From a virus: DNA of 36,581 nucleotides. The position numbers were made by a program, and so were the translations under genes. The DNA is taken from IMG/VR virus record IMGVR_UViG_3300045988_108325, positions 1 to 36,581 of that record, one strand, 5' to 3'. Position 1 is the first letter of the stretch. The number at the start of each line of letters is the position of its first letter. Shown piece after piece: positions 8,637 through 16,337 of this stretch. The notes under the pieces are model-generated. The model ran no database searches, was not told where the DNA came from, and saw nothing but the letters and a program-made list of their open reading frames with translations.

Positions 8637-9285
8637 CGCGACCCTAAAATCAAAAAAAGGGGGCATTTTAACGTTTGACGCAGAAAGTGATATAAAACTA
8701 CCACCGTACTATAAAAACACCGTAGATGGCTTATATCGGGCAAATATAACCATACTAGACCCAAGAGGGATAACCTCAGACCAACGAGGATATATTTATG
8801 GATTGTTAAATGATATATCTGAATATACTGGCTATCCCTTAGAGATTGTCAAAGATTTCATGAAAGGCGAATTTTGCACAAACGTAATGACAGAATGGGA
8901 AACATTCAGTCTAGCGTATAATCAAATAAGCATATACGATGCAGGTCAATTCATCGAATACATCATAGAATGGTGCTTTCAACATGAAGTGCCATTTAGA
9001 CATCAGCAGTATTTCGTCGGAAGCGAACATACAAGAATGCTTTTCTTGTATCTCAAATATCGCCGTTGCTTTATTAGTGGCGATAAGGGCGATGTGGCAC
9101 ATTTTGAGCCCGTTGGAATGGGAAGAAATAGAAGAAAGATAGACCATTCAAAACATCGGTTTATGTGTTTAAGGCGTGATTATCATATAGAGCAACATAC
9201 AATCGGATTGACTGCATTTTGCGAGAAATATAAGATAATTCCAATCAAATTAACGCCTGAACAGGTCAAAGAATTTGGGATATAA
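8626..9285 (+). CDS. hypothetical protein with a Cys/His-rich C-terminal half, possibly an HNH-like or zinc-binding nuclease
   Basis: Pattern C-F-I-S-G...AHFEP...DHSKH...C...H-x3-H. The assignment is tentative. Confidence 0.4.
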   Translation: MEFSATLKSKKGGILTFDAESDIKLPPYYKNTVDGLYRANITILDPRGITSDQRGYIYGLLNDISEYTGYPLEIVKDFMKGEFCTNVMTEWETFSLAYNQISIYDAGQFIEYIIEWCFQHEVPFRHQQYFVGSEHTRMLFLYLKYRRCFISGDKGDVAHFEPVGMGRNRRKIDHSKHRFMCLRRDYHIEQHTIGLTAFCEKYKIIPIKLTPEQVKEFGI

Positions 9286-9315
9286 AAATATTTTAAAAAA
9301 AGTTCCATAAAAGTG

Positions 9316-9344
9316 TTGACAACATATAACGTACATGATATACT
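9316..9344 (+). promoter_or_regulatory. early/middle promoter P5: TTGACA, 17 bp, TGaTATACT
   Basis: Its spacer is identical to P2 apart from one base. It drives the replication/accessory operon. Confidence 0.8.
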
Positions 9345-9401
9345 ATGTGTGTAATCAAGAAAGGTTACAAAAAATAAAACAAACCAAAGGAGGAACAACG
9401 T

Positions 9402-9767
9402 ATGAAAGAGAAGGGTTTATACGTAATGAGTACAGAGAGAGGAGAGTTCTTAAGAGAAGCGAAATTTGATAATCAACTAGGATTTAACGCAAATTTCATT
9501 GACAGTTTACTATGTTCAACGCCAGTTGACGTGTATGACAATGACGGAAACATTAATAAAGATAATGTATTATTTACCGAAAAACTTGCGGAATTTCTTT
9601 CTCAAGGTGGCGATGAAATCGTGCCAGTATTCGTTGAAATTGAAATCAAAGTAAAAGGATTTGACGGAACGGAATACAACGTACAAGAAATTCAAAGCAA
9701 ATTCGTTGAAGAGCGAAAAAAGGAAGTTAGCTCGTTTTATGAAAATCTATTTAAGCGTGACATGTAG
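9402..9767 (+). CDS. hypothetical protein, 121 aa
   Basis: RBS AAAGGAGGAA. Confidence 0.5.
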   Translation: MKEKGLYVMSTERGEFLREAKFDNQLGFNANFIDSLLCSTPVDVYDNDGNINKDNVLFTEKLAEFLSQGGDEIVPVFVEIEIKVKGFDGTEYNVQEIQSKFVEERKKEVSSFYENLFKRDM

Positions 9768-9784
9768 AGAGTGAGGAAGAAACA

Positions 9785-10768
9785 ATGGCAAGACCGCCGA
9801 AAATGGGGCTTGATTATTTCCCATTAGACGTTAACTTTTTGAATGACTTAAAAACAAAAAAAGTTGTCCGCAGTTACGGTGCCTCGGCGGTAGCCGTTGC
9901 CTTGAATTTATTTATAAATATATATAGGGATAACGGCTATTATGCACAATGTGATGACGATTTTATTTTTATCATTTCAGACGAGTTAAAGCTTGAAGAA
10001 GAATACGTAAAAAATGTTATTCAAAAAATGGTTGATGTAGAATTTTTTGATAAAAATCTATATGAAAATCACAAAATTTTATCATCTATCGGAATTCAAA
10101 ACAGATATATTTTAGCAAGTGGACGACGTGTTCGTTCAAAAATCAATCCGGTTTATGACCTCATAACCCCTCAAAAAGAGGAGTTTATGTCAACAGAAAC
10201 CGAGTTTATGTCAACAGAAACCGAGTTTATGTCAACAGAAACTCACGAAAACGATAGTTTCTGTCAACAAGAATACGCAAAAGAAAAGAAAAGAAAAGAA
10301 AAGAAAGAAAAAGAAATTAAATTAAAAGAAACTGTTGTGTCCGAAACGGACGAAACTAAAAATTTAGCAGACGAACCTCCTCCAACAACAGAGGCTCAAA
10401 AAATATCTGATGTTTTTGCTTTTTATGAAAATCACTTCGGAATGACTAGTGCTTTTATTCAACAGTCGTTAATGATGTGGTGTAACGACCTGAATCCTGA
10501 ACTCGTAAAACGAGCGCTTGAAATATCAGTCGAGGAAAACGTTTTGAAATTTAGATATGCACAGGCTATACTGCAATCGTGGGCAAATAAAGGCATTGAT
10601 ACGCTAGAAAAAGCGCAAGCGGAATCTAACCGACACCAATTTCAAAAAGGAAATCGTGGCGGATATGTAGAAAATGTGAAAATCTATGATAATAAAGCTA
10701 AAGAGTTAACGGATGATGAGAAGAAAATTCTTGAGGAATTAGATAACGTTGAAGAGGTGGATTTTTAG
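9785..10768 (+). CDS. replication initiator / replisome organiser (DUF4373-like N-terminal domain plus DnaD-like C-terminal domain)
   Basis: N-terminus MARPPKMGLDYFPLDVNF. The C-terminal motif YAQAILQSWANKGIDTLEKA is DnaD-like. It carries internal 21-bp iterons. Confidence 0.8.
   Translation: MARPPKMGLDYFPLDVNFLNDLKTKKVVRSYGASAVAVALNLFINIYRDNGYYAQCDDDFIFIISDELKLEEEYVKNVIQKMVDVEFFDKNLYENHKILSSIGIQNRYILASGRRVRSKINPVYDLITPQKEEFMSTETEFMSTETEFMSTETHENDSFCQQEYAKEKKRKEKKEKEIKLKETVVSETDETKNLADEPPPTTEAQKISDVFAFYENHFGMTSAFIQQSLMMWCNDLNPELVKRALEISVEENVLKFRYAQAILQSWANKGIDTLEKAQAESNRHQFQKGNRGGYVENVKIYDNKAKELTDDEKKILEELDNVEEVDF
10181..10243 (+). repeat. three tandem 21-bp direct repeats (GAGTTTATGTCAACAGAAACC), a degenerate fourth copy and an A-rich (AAAGA)n tract: candidate replication origin inside the initiator gene
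   Basis: Read directly from the sequence. They encode EFMSTET three times. An A-rich tract follows at 10276-10325. Confidence 0.6.
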
Positions 10769-10939
10769 ATGGAGGACCAAGAACGTTTGTTTTACGCTAA
10801 AAACAAAGAAAAATATATAAACTTAGTAAATAGAATTGCCAATTTGTTAACTACAAAAGACAAAGAGGAATTTTTGAGAAAAAAACGTGAAATCATACGA
10901 GGAGGGAAGAAAAAGACTAATGACGAACAACAGAATTGA
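10769..10939 (+). CDS. small basic hypothetical protein, 56 aa
   Basis: ATG overlaps the upstream stop (TAGATGG) with RBS GAGGTGG. Below the ORF-track cutoff; low confidence. Confidence 0.3.
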   Translation: MEDQERLFYAKNKEKYINLVNRIANLLTTKDKEEFLRKKREIIRGGKKKTNDEQQN

Positions 10940-11330
10940 TTTTACAATTCACGGCGAATGTGTACCAAAAGCACGCCCACGATTCTCAAAGTATGGGCAT
11001 ATATATACCACGCCAAAAACGAGAGCATACGAGAATATCGTTAAAACGACTGCTATTGATAACAATGTTCCGTGCATTACAACGGCACTAAACATTAAAA
11101 TCATGGTTTACAAGTCTATCCCAAAGAGTTTCAGCAAAGAAAAGCGACGACTTGCGGAAATGGGAAAGATTTTGCCAACCGTAAAGCCTGATGTTGACAA
11201 TTATGTAAAAGCTATTTTGGACGGATTGAACGGAATTCTTTTCATAGACGACAAACAGATTTGTGATTTGTCAGTTGGCAAAAGATACTCAAATTATCCA
11301 AGGGTGGAGGTTACAGCGTGGAGCGTTTAA
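10920..11330 (+). CDS. rusA: RusA-family Holliday junction resolvase
   Basis: The motifs IHGECVPKARPRF and KPDVDNYVKAILDGLNGILFIDDKQI are typical of RusA. ATG 10920 has RBS GAGGAGGGAAG. Confidence 0.85.
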   Translation: MTNNRIDFTIHGECVPKARPRFSKYGHIYTTPKTRAYENIVKTTAIDNNVPCITTALNIKIMVYKSIPKSFSKEKRRLAEMGKILPTVKPDVDNYVKAILDGLNGILFIDDKQICDLSVGKRYSNYPRVEVTAWSV

Positions 11331-11683
11331 GCGTATTTGAACAAATTTTATTTGAAAAATTGATGTTTGGCGTAGAGAACGCTGTTTCTAGTAAGAGTCT
11401 AGCATACGATTTTAGAACTAGCAGGCGACGGATTGCAAAGACAATTCATGATATGTGTCGTAAAGGAGTTCCAATCGTTGCAACATGAAAAGGACGATAT
11501 AAGGGCTATTTTCTAGCGAGAAATCGTCAAGAAATGGCAATGTATATCAAACCTTTAGAAGCGGAATACAGAGAAGTTATGAAGCGAATTCGCAAGTTGA
11601 AATCATTGCGAGAGGCTGAATATCAAGCGATTTTGAACGAGAAAAAAGAACAAATTTTGAAAGGGATTAATAATCATGAATAG
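11318..11683 (+). pseudogene. 121-codon reading frame interrupted by one in-frame TGA (11486-11488): a possible nonsense-mutated or mis-sequenced gene of unknown function
   Basis: GTG start with GGAGGT upstream. After the TGA, 65 further codons stay open in the same frame until the TAG at 11681, and the downstream segment has no RBS of its own. Confidence 0.45.
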
Positions 11684-12143
11684 CACTCAACTAATAGGAC
11701 GTCTAACACGACCAGTAGATTTAAGATATACGCAATCAGGAGTTGCGTACGGCTCATTCACGCTAGCGGTTACGCGCCGGTTTAAAAACCAAAATGGCGA
11801 ACGTGAGACGGACTTCATCAATTGCGTAATTTGGAAAAAAGGCGCGGAAAATCTAGCAAACTACACACAAAAAGGTTCACAAATTGGCGTGAGTGGTTCA
11901 ATCCAAACACGAAACTATGAAAACGGACAAGGTCAACGTGTATACGTGACTGAGGTACTCGTTGAAAACTTTGATTTACTAGAAAGCCGAAAAACTGACT
12001 CTGACGGCGTTTTAAGAAACGGTAATATAAATACTCAAAACTTTAATAAAAATCAAAATTTGACGGGAAATTTCGCAAAAAACGACCCTTTTACGTCTGA
12101 TGGCGATGTGTTCAAGGTGGAAGACGATGACTTACCATTCTAA
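11676..12143 (+). CDS. ssb: single-stranded DNA-binding protein
   Basis: OB-fold consensus NSTQLIGRLTRPVDLRYTQSGVAYGSFTLAV...CVIWKK and the C-terminal acidic tail DDDLPF. Confidence 0.95.
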   Translation: MNSTQLIGRLTRPVDLRYTQSGVAYGSFTLAVTRRFKNQNGERETDFINCVIWKKGAENLANYTQKGSQIGVSGSIQTRNYENGQGQRVYVTEVLVENFDLLESRKTDSDGVLRNGNINTQNFNKNQNLTGNFAKNDPFTSDGDVFKVEDDDLPF

Positions 12144-13335
12144 AATAGACAAAAAGAAATTTGACAAATCAATAAATATTGATATCGGGGATAAAATCCC
12201 GATTCCTGATTTTAAAAGCGGTCAAATTGAAATAAATAATGATTTTAGCGTTTTGAGCAAAAGCGTACATGACGCACTTTTTGAACAACGAGAAAACGCC
12301 TATAAGAAGCTTGCAGAAAAGTTAGGATATGCGCCTATAAACGTTGTTATAGAGAGCTATCCGCCGACTATGGAAGAACTTCCAAACGGCAATTTAATGT
12401 TTACGACGAATTTCAGATTTAAAGAAGCTGAAAAAGCAAAGGAGAAAAAAGAAATGCAAAAGAAATATAAGTTATTGAAAAACGAAACAAGAAGAAGTCC
12501 TCACGGCGACACACTTTACAGGATTGAAGCTTTAAAAGACTTTTATAACGTTAGAAAAGGCGATAAAGGAGGCTACATTCAATGGGAGTGTAATTTATCA
12601 CAAAGCGGTAATTGTTGGGTGCATGATGAGGCTTGCGTTTGGCAAGACGCAGTCGTTTCAGAAGACGCAACTATTCGTGATGAGGCTAAAATATACGGAG
12701 ACGCAATTGTTCGAGGAGATTCAGAGGTTCACAGTACAGCAAACGTGTTTGAGCACGCTATTATTGACGATGGTGCGGTTGTTGGTTACAGGGCTACTGT
12801 CAAAGGTCATGCTCACATATCAGAGCACGCTTATATTTGCGACCAATCAATCATTCGTGGTAACGCTAAAGTTTTAGGGGATTCACGTATCAGAGGTTTT
12901 TCAGAGGTATATGGCAACACTGTAATTAAGGGAGACTCGTCAATTTCAGATTCATCAATTACAGATTTCGCTATCGTCGACGGTGCGAAAGTGCTTAATA
13001 GTAAAGTATACGATGTTGCGGTTATCGCAGACGGTTCTGAGGTTGAAAATGCAAAAATCGTTGGCAACGCCATCATTAAAAGAGAACTAGACTATTTAAC
13101 CCTAAAAAACAATTGGACTAGCGGAAGAACATTCACATATACACATTCAAACAAAACATACGTTGTAGGATGTTTCAGAGGAACAGGCGAGGAACTTATC
13201 GAAAAAGCGTATAAAGATAGTGAAACATCAGGAAAATTCTATGAAAACGCTGTTAATTACGTTCAAAGTGTTTATAAATTACACGAGGAGTTAGGAAATC
13301 TTGAAGACGATAACCGTTGGTGCGTGCCTTTTTAA
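12127..13335 (+). CDS. hypothetical 402-aa protein whose C-terminal half is about 20 consecutive hexapeptide repeats, predicted left-handed beta-helix
   Basis: Strict 6-residue periodicity [IV]-x-[GDES]-x-[AS]-x from about residue 170 to 330 (IYGDAI/VRGDSE/.../IKGDSS/ISDSSI). RBS GGTGGAAG. No transferase catalytic motif was recognised. Confidence 0.6.
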   Translation: MTYHSKIDKKKFDKSINIDIGDKIPIPDFKSGQIEINNDFSVLSKSVHDALFEQRENAYKKLAEKLGYAPINVVIESYPPTMEELPNGNLMFTTNFRFKEAEKAKEKKEMQKKYKLLKNETRRSPHGDTLYRIEALKDFYNVRKGDKGGYIQWECNLSQSGNCWVHDEACVWQDAVVSEDATIRDEAKIYGDAIVRGDSEVHSTANVFEHAIIDDGAVVGYRATVKGHAHISEHAYICDQSIIRGNAKVLGDSRIRGFSEVYGNTVIKGDSSISDSSITDFAIVDGAKVLNSKVYDVAVIADGSEVENAKIVGNAIIKRELDYLTLKNNWTSGRTFTYTHSNKTYVVGCFRGTGEELIEKAYKDSETSGKFYENAVNYVQSVYKLHEELGNLEDDNRWCVPF

Positions 13336-13693
13336 AATCGTTAAAAAGCTTGAAAATACGTACATTGTCGAAAAAGATAACGAGAGATACGTTTATCACA
13401 AGAAGAAAAAATGTATAGTTATTCCAAACTATGATGTGAGGGCAAAAGTAATTCCTGCTACCGTGAAAACGATAAAAGGGCGCAAGCAAGGAGATAACTA
13501 CTCCTTGACTAGACACTTGAAATTGAGCGAGAGAGTATTAAAAGTTATGGATAAGCGTTCAGATACAAAGAGAATGGAATTTGCGGTTGAAATTGGCGTA
13601 TCCATAACGACTCTTTCAACATTTTTGAAAAATAAAAAAGTAAATGAAAGTACATTGGATGTGATTGAGGCGTGGTTAAAAAAGTATGAATGA
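13301..13693 (+). CDS. hypothetical protein with a C-terminal HTH-like segment; the start is uncertain
   Basis: The C-terminus FAVEIGVSITTLSTFLKNKKV is HTH-like. The listed start is a TTG inside the upstream gene. An alternative start is ATG 13549. Confidence 0.4.
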   Translation: MKTITVGACLFKIVKKLENTYIVEKDNERYVYHKKKKCIVIPNYDVRAKVIPATVKTIKGRKQGDNYSLTRHLKLSERVLKVMDKRSDTKRMEFAVEIGVSITTLSTFLKNKKVNESTLDVIEAWLKKYE

Positions 13694-14204
13694 ATATATT
13701 GTGAAATTTGGAAATATGTATTTTGAGGCTGAAAAAAGCTATAAAAATCAAATGGGATATTTAGACAAAAATCATCCTGAAAACACGGCAGTTTTAACAA
13801 AATTCGATTTTAAGGCTAAACCGTTTGAAACCAAAGAAGAGGCGCTTAAAATTGCTAAAAAATACAAAATGGATTTTGAAATAATTGAAATCCATAAAGA
13901 AATCCAAGTTAAGGATGTTGAATATTATCGTAGTGAGCAAGCGTTGGCAGACGCTATCAGGGAAGAAATTAAAAATTATGGATACGAGCCTTTACAAAAA
14001 ATGCTAAAAATATCAGAGTCAACATTTTACAAATTGTTAAACGGAAAAGCAGATAGTGTATACGAAAGAATTACAATTAATGTGTGCCAAGAATTAGTGA
14101 AATTAGGGCACGAGGGTTTGAGAATGTATATCACTAAAAGGCGTGAATGGATTGCGAAAAAGGTCAAAGAAAGGGCGAAAATGAATGAATTATCTAGTTG
14201 CTAG
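13686..14204 (+). CDS. hypothetical protein, 172 aa
   Basis: Open frame overlapping the neighbouring stops. No family was recognised. Confidence 0.45.
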   Translation: MNEYIVKFGNMYFEAEKSYKNQMGYLDKNHPENTAVLTKFDFKAKPFETKEEALKIAKKYKMDFEIIEIHKEIQVKDVEYYRSEQALADAIREEIKNYGYEPLQKMLKISESTFYKLLNGKADSVYERITINVCQELVKLGHEGLRMYITKRREWIAKKVKERAKMNELSSC

Positions 14205-14487
14205 GCGGATTGCTGAATTGTTGAAAATCACAATCCATGAAGCTGAAAAGCTCGTGCCTATATTACAAAACGAGATATTTTTAAATAACATGATTATTGC
14301 GAATCTTGTTATTTGGTTTGTCATATTTATTTCATCGCTATTAATTGTATTAGCAACGGATGAATATGAAAAAAGATTTAAAATAGCGGTTTGGGCGTGT
14401 AGAATATCGGCAATATTAGTAGTGCTGATTTTAGCCTCATGGCAGTTCTTAGTGCCTACACTGACATTGTTTAAAACGATAAAATAA
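14185..14487 (+). CDS. membrane protein with two TM segments, 100 aa
   Basis: Hydrophobic segments IIANLVIWFVIFISSLLIVLA and ISAILVVLILASWQFLVP. Confidence 0.5.
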   Translation: MNYLVARRIAELLKITIHEAEKLVPILQNEIFLNNMIIANLVIWFVIFISSLLIVLATDEYEKRFKIAVWACRISAILVVLILASWQFLVPTLTLFKTIK

Positions 14488-14500
14488 AGGAGTGCTGAAA

Positions 14501-14986
14501 ATGGATAAAATCGAACGTTTAGAAACGCAACTACAAGCCTTAAAAGATAGAAAAATTGTAATAGATAAAGAGATTGAAGAAGTAACCACAAATATTAAAA
14601 AACTAAAAAATGCAAGGTGGTATGTCAACACATTTGGAGAAATTGGAGAAATTCCTGAAAATTATGACTCATCAACTGTGTTAAACGACATGAATAAACA
14701 AGGGAATGTATTTACGTCGTTTAGAGATGCTGAAAAAGAAGTTAAAAAACGCATTTTGAAAAAAGAAATTGAAGAGTTCAGAAATGAATGTAATGGCGAT
14801 TGGAAACCTTCTTGGAAAATGAGCAATGAAGGCAAGTATTTCATCGGAATGAAAGATGGAGAATTACAAGCTTGTGTAAATTGGACTTTACGCAATTTTT
14901 CAGAATTTGGGATTTTTGAAAACAAATACGATTGCGACCGAGCAGTTGAGATTTTTGGCGATAGAATTTTAGAATTATACAACTAA
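14501..14986 (+). CDS. paralog family member A (about 161 aa; N-terminal coiled coil plus a conserved C-terminal domain with two invariant Cys)
   Basis: RBS AAGGAG 8 nt before ATG 14501. Shares GNVF-T-x-EEAE, FRxECxGDWxPxW and FGxFxNxxDCxxAxExFGDxI with the 16338 and 17474 products. Confidence 0.65.
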   Translation: MDKIERLETQLQALKDRKIVIDKEIEEVTTNIKKLKNARWYVNTFGEIGEIPENYDSSTVLNDMNKQGNVFTSFRDAEKEVKKRILKKEIEEFRNECNGDWKPSWKMSNEGKYFIGMKDGELQACVNWTLRNFSEFGIFENKYDCDRAVEIFGDRILELYN

Positions 14987-15000
14987 AATCGAGGTATTTT

Positions 15001-15258
15001 ATGAAATTCAAAACACAAAAAGGCAAAACGTTATACATTGATTGTGAAAATATCATTGAAATAGCAGGATGGAAAGATACTGACAAATTGGTGGTAGATT
15101 ATTACGCGCAAGTTGCTGACTACTTCTCCCCTGAACAGAAATTGATTGTTTCAAAGAGCGTTGTTGTTGTTGGAAAATTTGAAGAAATTGTGAAAAAAGT
15201 AAAGAAAGAACTTTCAAAAAAAGGAGAGGTGCGAATTCATGAGCGATACCACTACTGA
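15001..15258 (+). CDS. hypothetical protein, 85 aa
   Basis: RBS GAGGT upstream. Confidence 0.45.
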   Translation: MKFKTQKGKTLYIDCENIIEIAGWKDTDKLVVDYYAQVADYFSPEQKLIVSKSVVVVGKFEEIVKKVKKELSKKGEVRIHERYHY

Positions 15259-15526
15259 GAGAGTGTATAGGTCGGCGGATGGAAGCTTGTTTGTTTTAAC
15301 AACGGACACATACGGACTAATAAACGTTAAAAGCGGTGTATCACATTTCATGAAAACGGTCGGACATAAAACTGAAACTTGGACTGAAAATGTTAGTAAA
15401 GAGCGTATCAATGAACTTTTAAAGAAATACGATGAACAAAAAGAGCAACGGATTCACGAGTTGCAAGAAATGTTTAAACAAGCTGAATTGGTAATAGACG
15501 AGGTAAAAAAGTCTTATGAGGGATGA
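15239..15526 (+). CDS. hypothetical protein, 95 aa
   Basis: RBS AAAGGAGAGG upstream. Confidence 0.5.
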   Translation: MSDTTTERVYRSADGSLFVLTTDTYGLINVKSGVSHFMKTVGHKTETWTENVSKERINELLKKYDEQKEQRIHELQEMFKQAELVIDEVKKSYEG

Positions 15527-15641
15527 AAAAACGCACTTGGCTATTCACGGAGAAAATAGATTTGATTTAAACGAGTGGCTTAAAAAGGGCTTGAAATTAA
15601 GCCGTTATCAAAAAAAATCTAGCCAAAATCAAAGGAGATAA
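15516..15641 (+). CDS. possible 41-aa sORF (MRDEKTHLAIHGE...)
   Basis: Its N-terminus resembles that of the next gene (MRTGKTHLALKQ). The frame is short; low confidence. Confidence 0.25.
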   Translation: MRDEKTHLAIHGENRFDLNEWLKKGLKLSRYQKKSSQNQRR

Positions 15642-15646
15642 TAAAA

Positions 15647-15886
15647 ATGAGAACGGGAAAAACGCACTTAGCCCTCAAGCAAACAACGAGATTGAAAATC
15701 AGGATTAAATACTGGTTTGAATATCTTTTTGGGATAAAATCGCCGTCAAGAGAGTTTGCAAAGCTTTTGGAAGGCGATGAATATTCAGAAAAAGAATTTA
15801 GAAAAATATATATACGAAGTGCGGAAGAATTGGCACTTAAAAAATTAAATAAAGCAATGGAGAAAACATCATGGAAAAAAGTTTAA
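15647..15886 (+). CDS. hypothetical basic protein, 79 aa
   Basis: RBS AAAGGAGA upstream. Confidence 0.5.
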   Translation: MRTGKTHLALKQTTRLKIRIKYWFEYLFGIKSPSREFAKLLEGDEYSEKEFRKIYIRSAEELALKKLNKAMEKTSWKKV

Positions 15887-16043
15887 GAGCGTTGGTAATC
15901 GGATTTTGTTTAAGTGGTATACTAGCAAGCGCCAAAATTTTAGGATTTGAGTTTTCGTGGCGTTTTGTATCTCTACCATTTTTGATAACATTATCACTCA
16001 ATTTAGGGCTTATAATTTATTATGTTTATGACCATGAAGAATA
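15871..16043 (+). CDS. small membrane protein, 57 aa, paralog of 16059..16331
   Basis: The segment ILASAKILGFEFSWRFVSLPFLITLSL aligns with LLMSAKLLGFELAWKIVLMPLFIMIGI of the next gene. Confidence 0.45.
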
Positions 16044-16058
16044 AAAGGAGAAAATAAG

Positions 16059-16331
16059 ATGAAAAAAGAAAGTAATTTAAAATTTGCGATTGGTGTTATT
16101 TCAAAAATTATGTGGATTGTAGCGATTAGTTTAACAACTTTATTAATGAGTGCAAAATTGCTAGGCTTTGAATTGGCGTGGAAAATCGTACTAATGCCGT
16201 TATTTATCATGATAGGTATTACATCGGTATTCACATTATTGTTAGTAGTCGGGCTGTTATTTTACATCCCACATCAATATTTTAAAATCAAAAAAGAGGT
16301 CAAAAAAATTATTGAAAATCATAAGGAGTAG
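16059..16331 (+). CDS. small membrane protein with two TM segments, 90 aa, paralog of 15871..16043
   Basis: RBS AAAAGGAG. Two hydrophobic helices. Confidence 0.6.
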   Translation: MKKESNLKFAIGVISKIMWIVAISLTTLLMSAKLLGFELAWKIVLMPLFIMIGITSVFTLLLVVGLLFYIPHQYFKIKKEVKKIIENHKE

Positions 16332-16337
16332 ATGAAA

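Noticed and set aside
10181-10243. CRISPR array
   Set aside because: Only three 21-bp tandem repeats with no unique spacers, all in-frame inside a coding region. These are iterons, not a CRISPR array.
11486-11488. TGA decoded as Trp (genetic code 4) to explain the in-frame stop
   Set aside because: Other genes terminate cleanly at TGA with properly placed downstream RBS-start pairs (e.g. 662-877, 13301-13693). The choline-binding endolysin indicates a streptococcal host that uses code 11.
12623-12877. Plus-strand 84-aa ORF nested in another frame of the hexapeptide-repeat gene
   Set aside because: It is an alternative frame of a repeat-rich coding region with no RBS. It is an artefact of the repeat periodicity.
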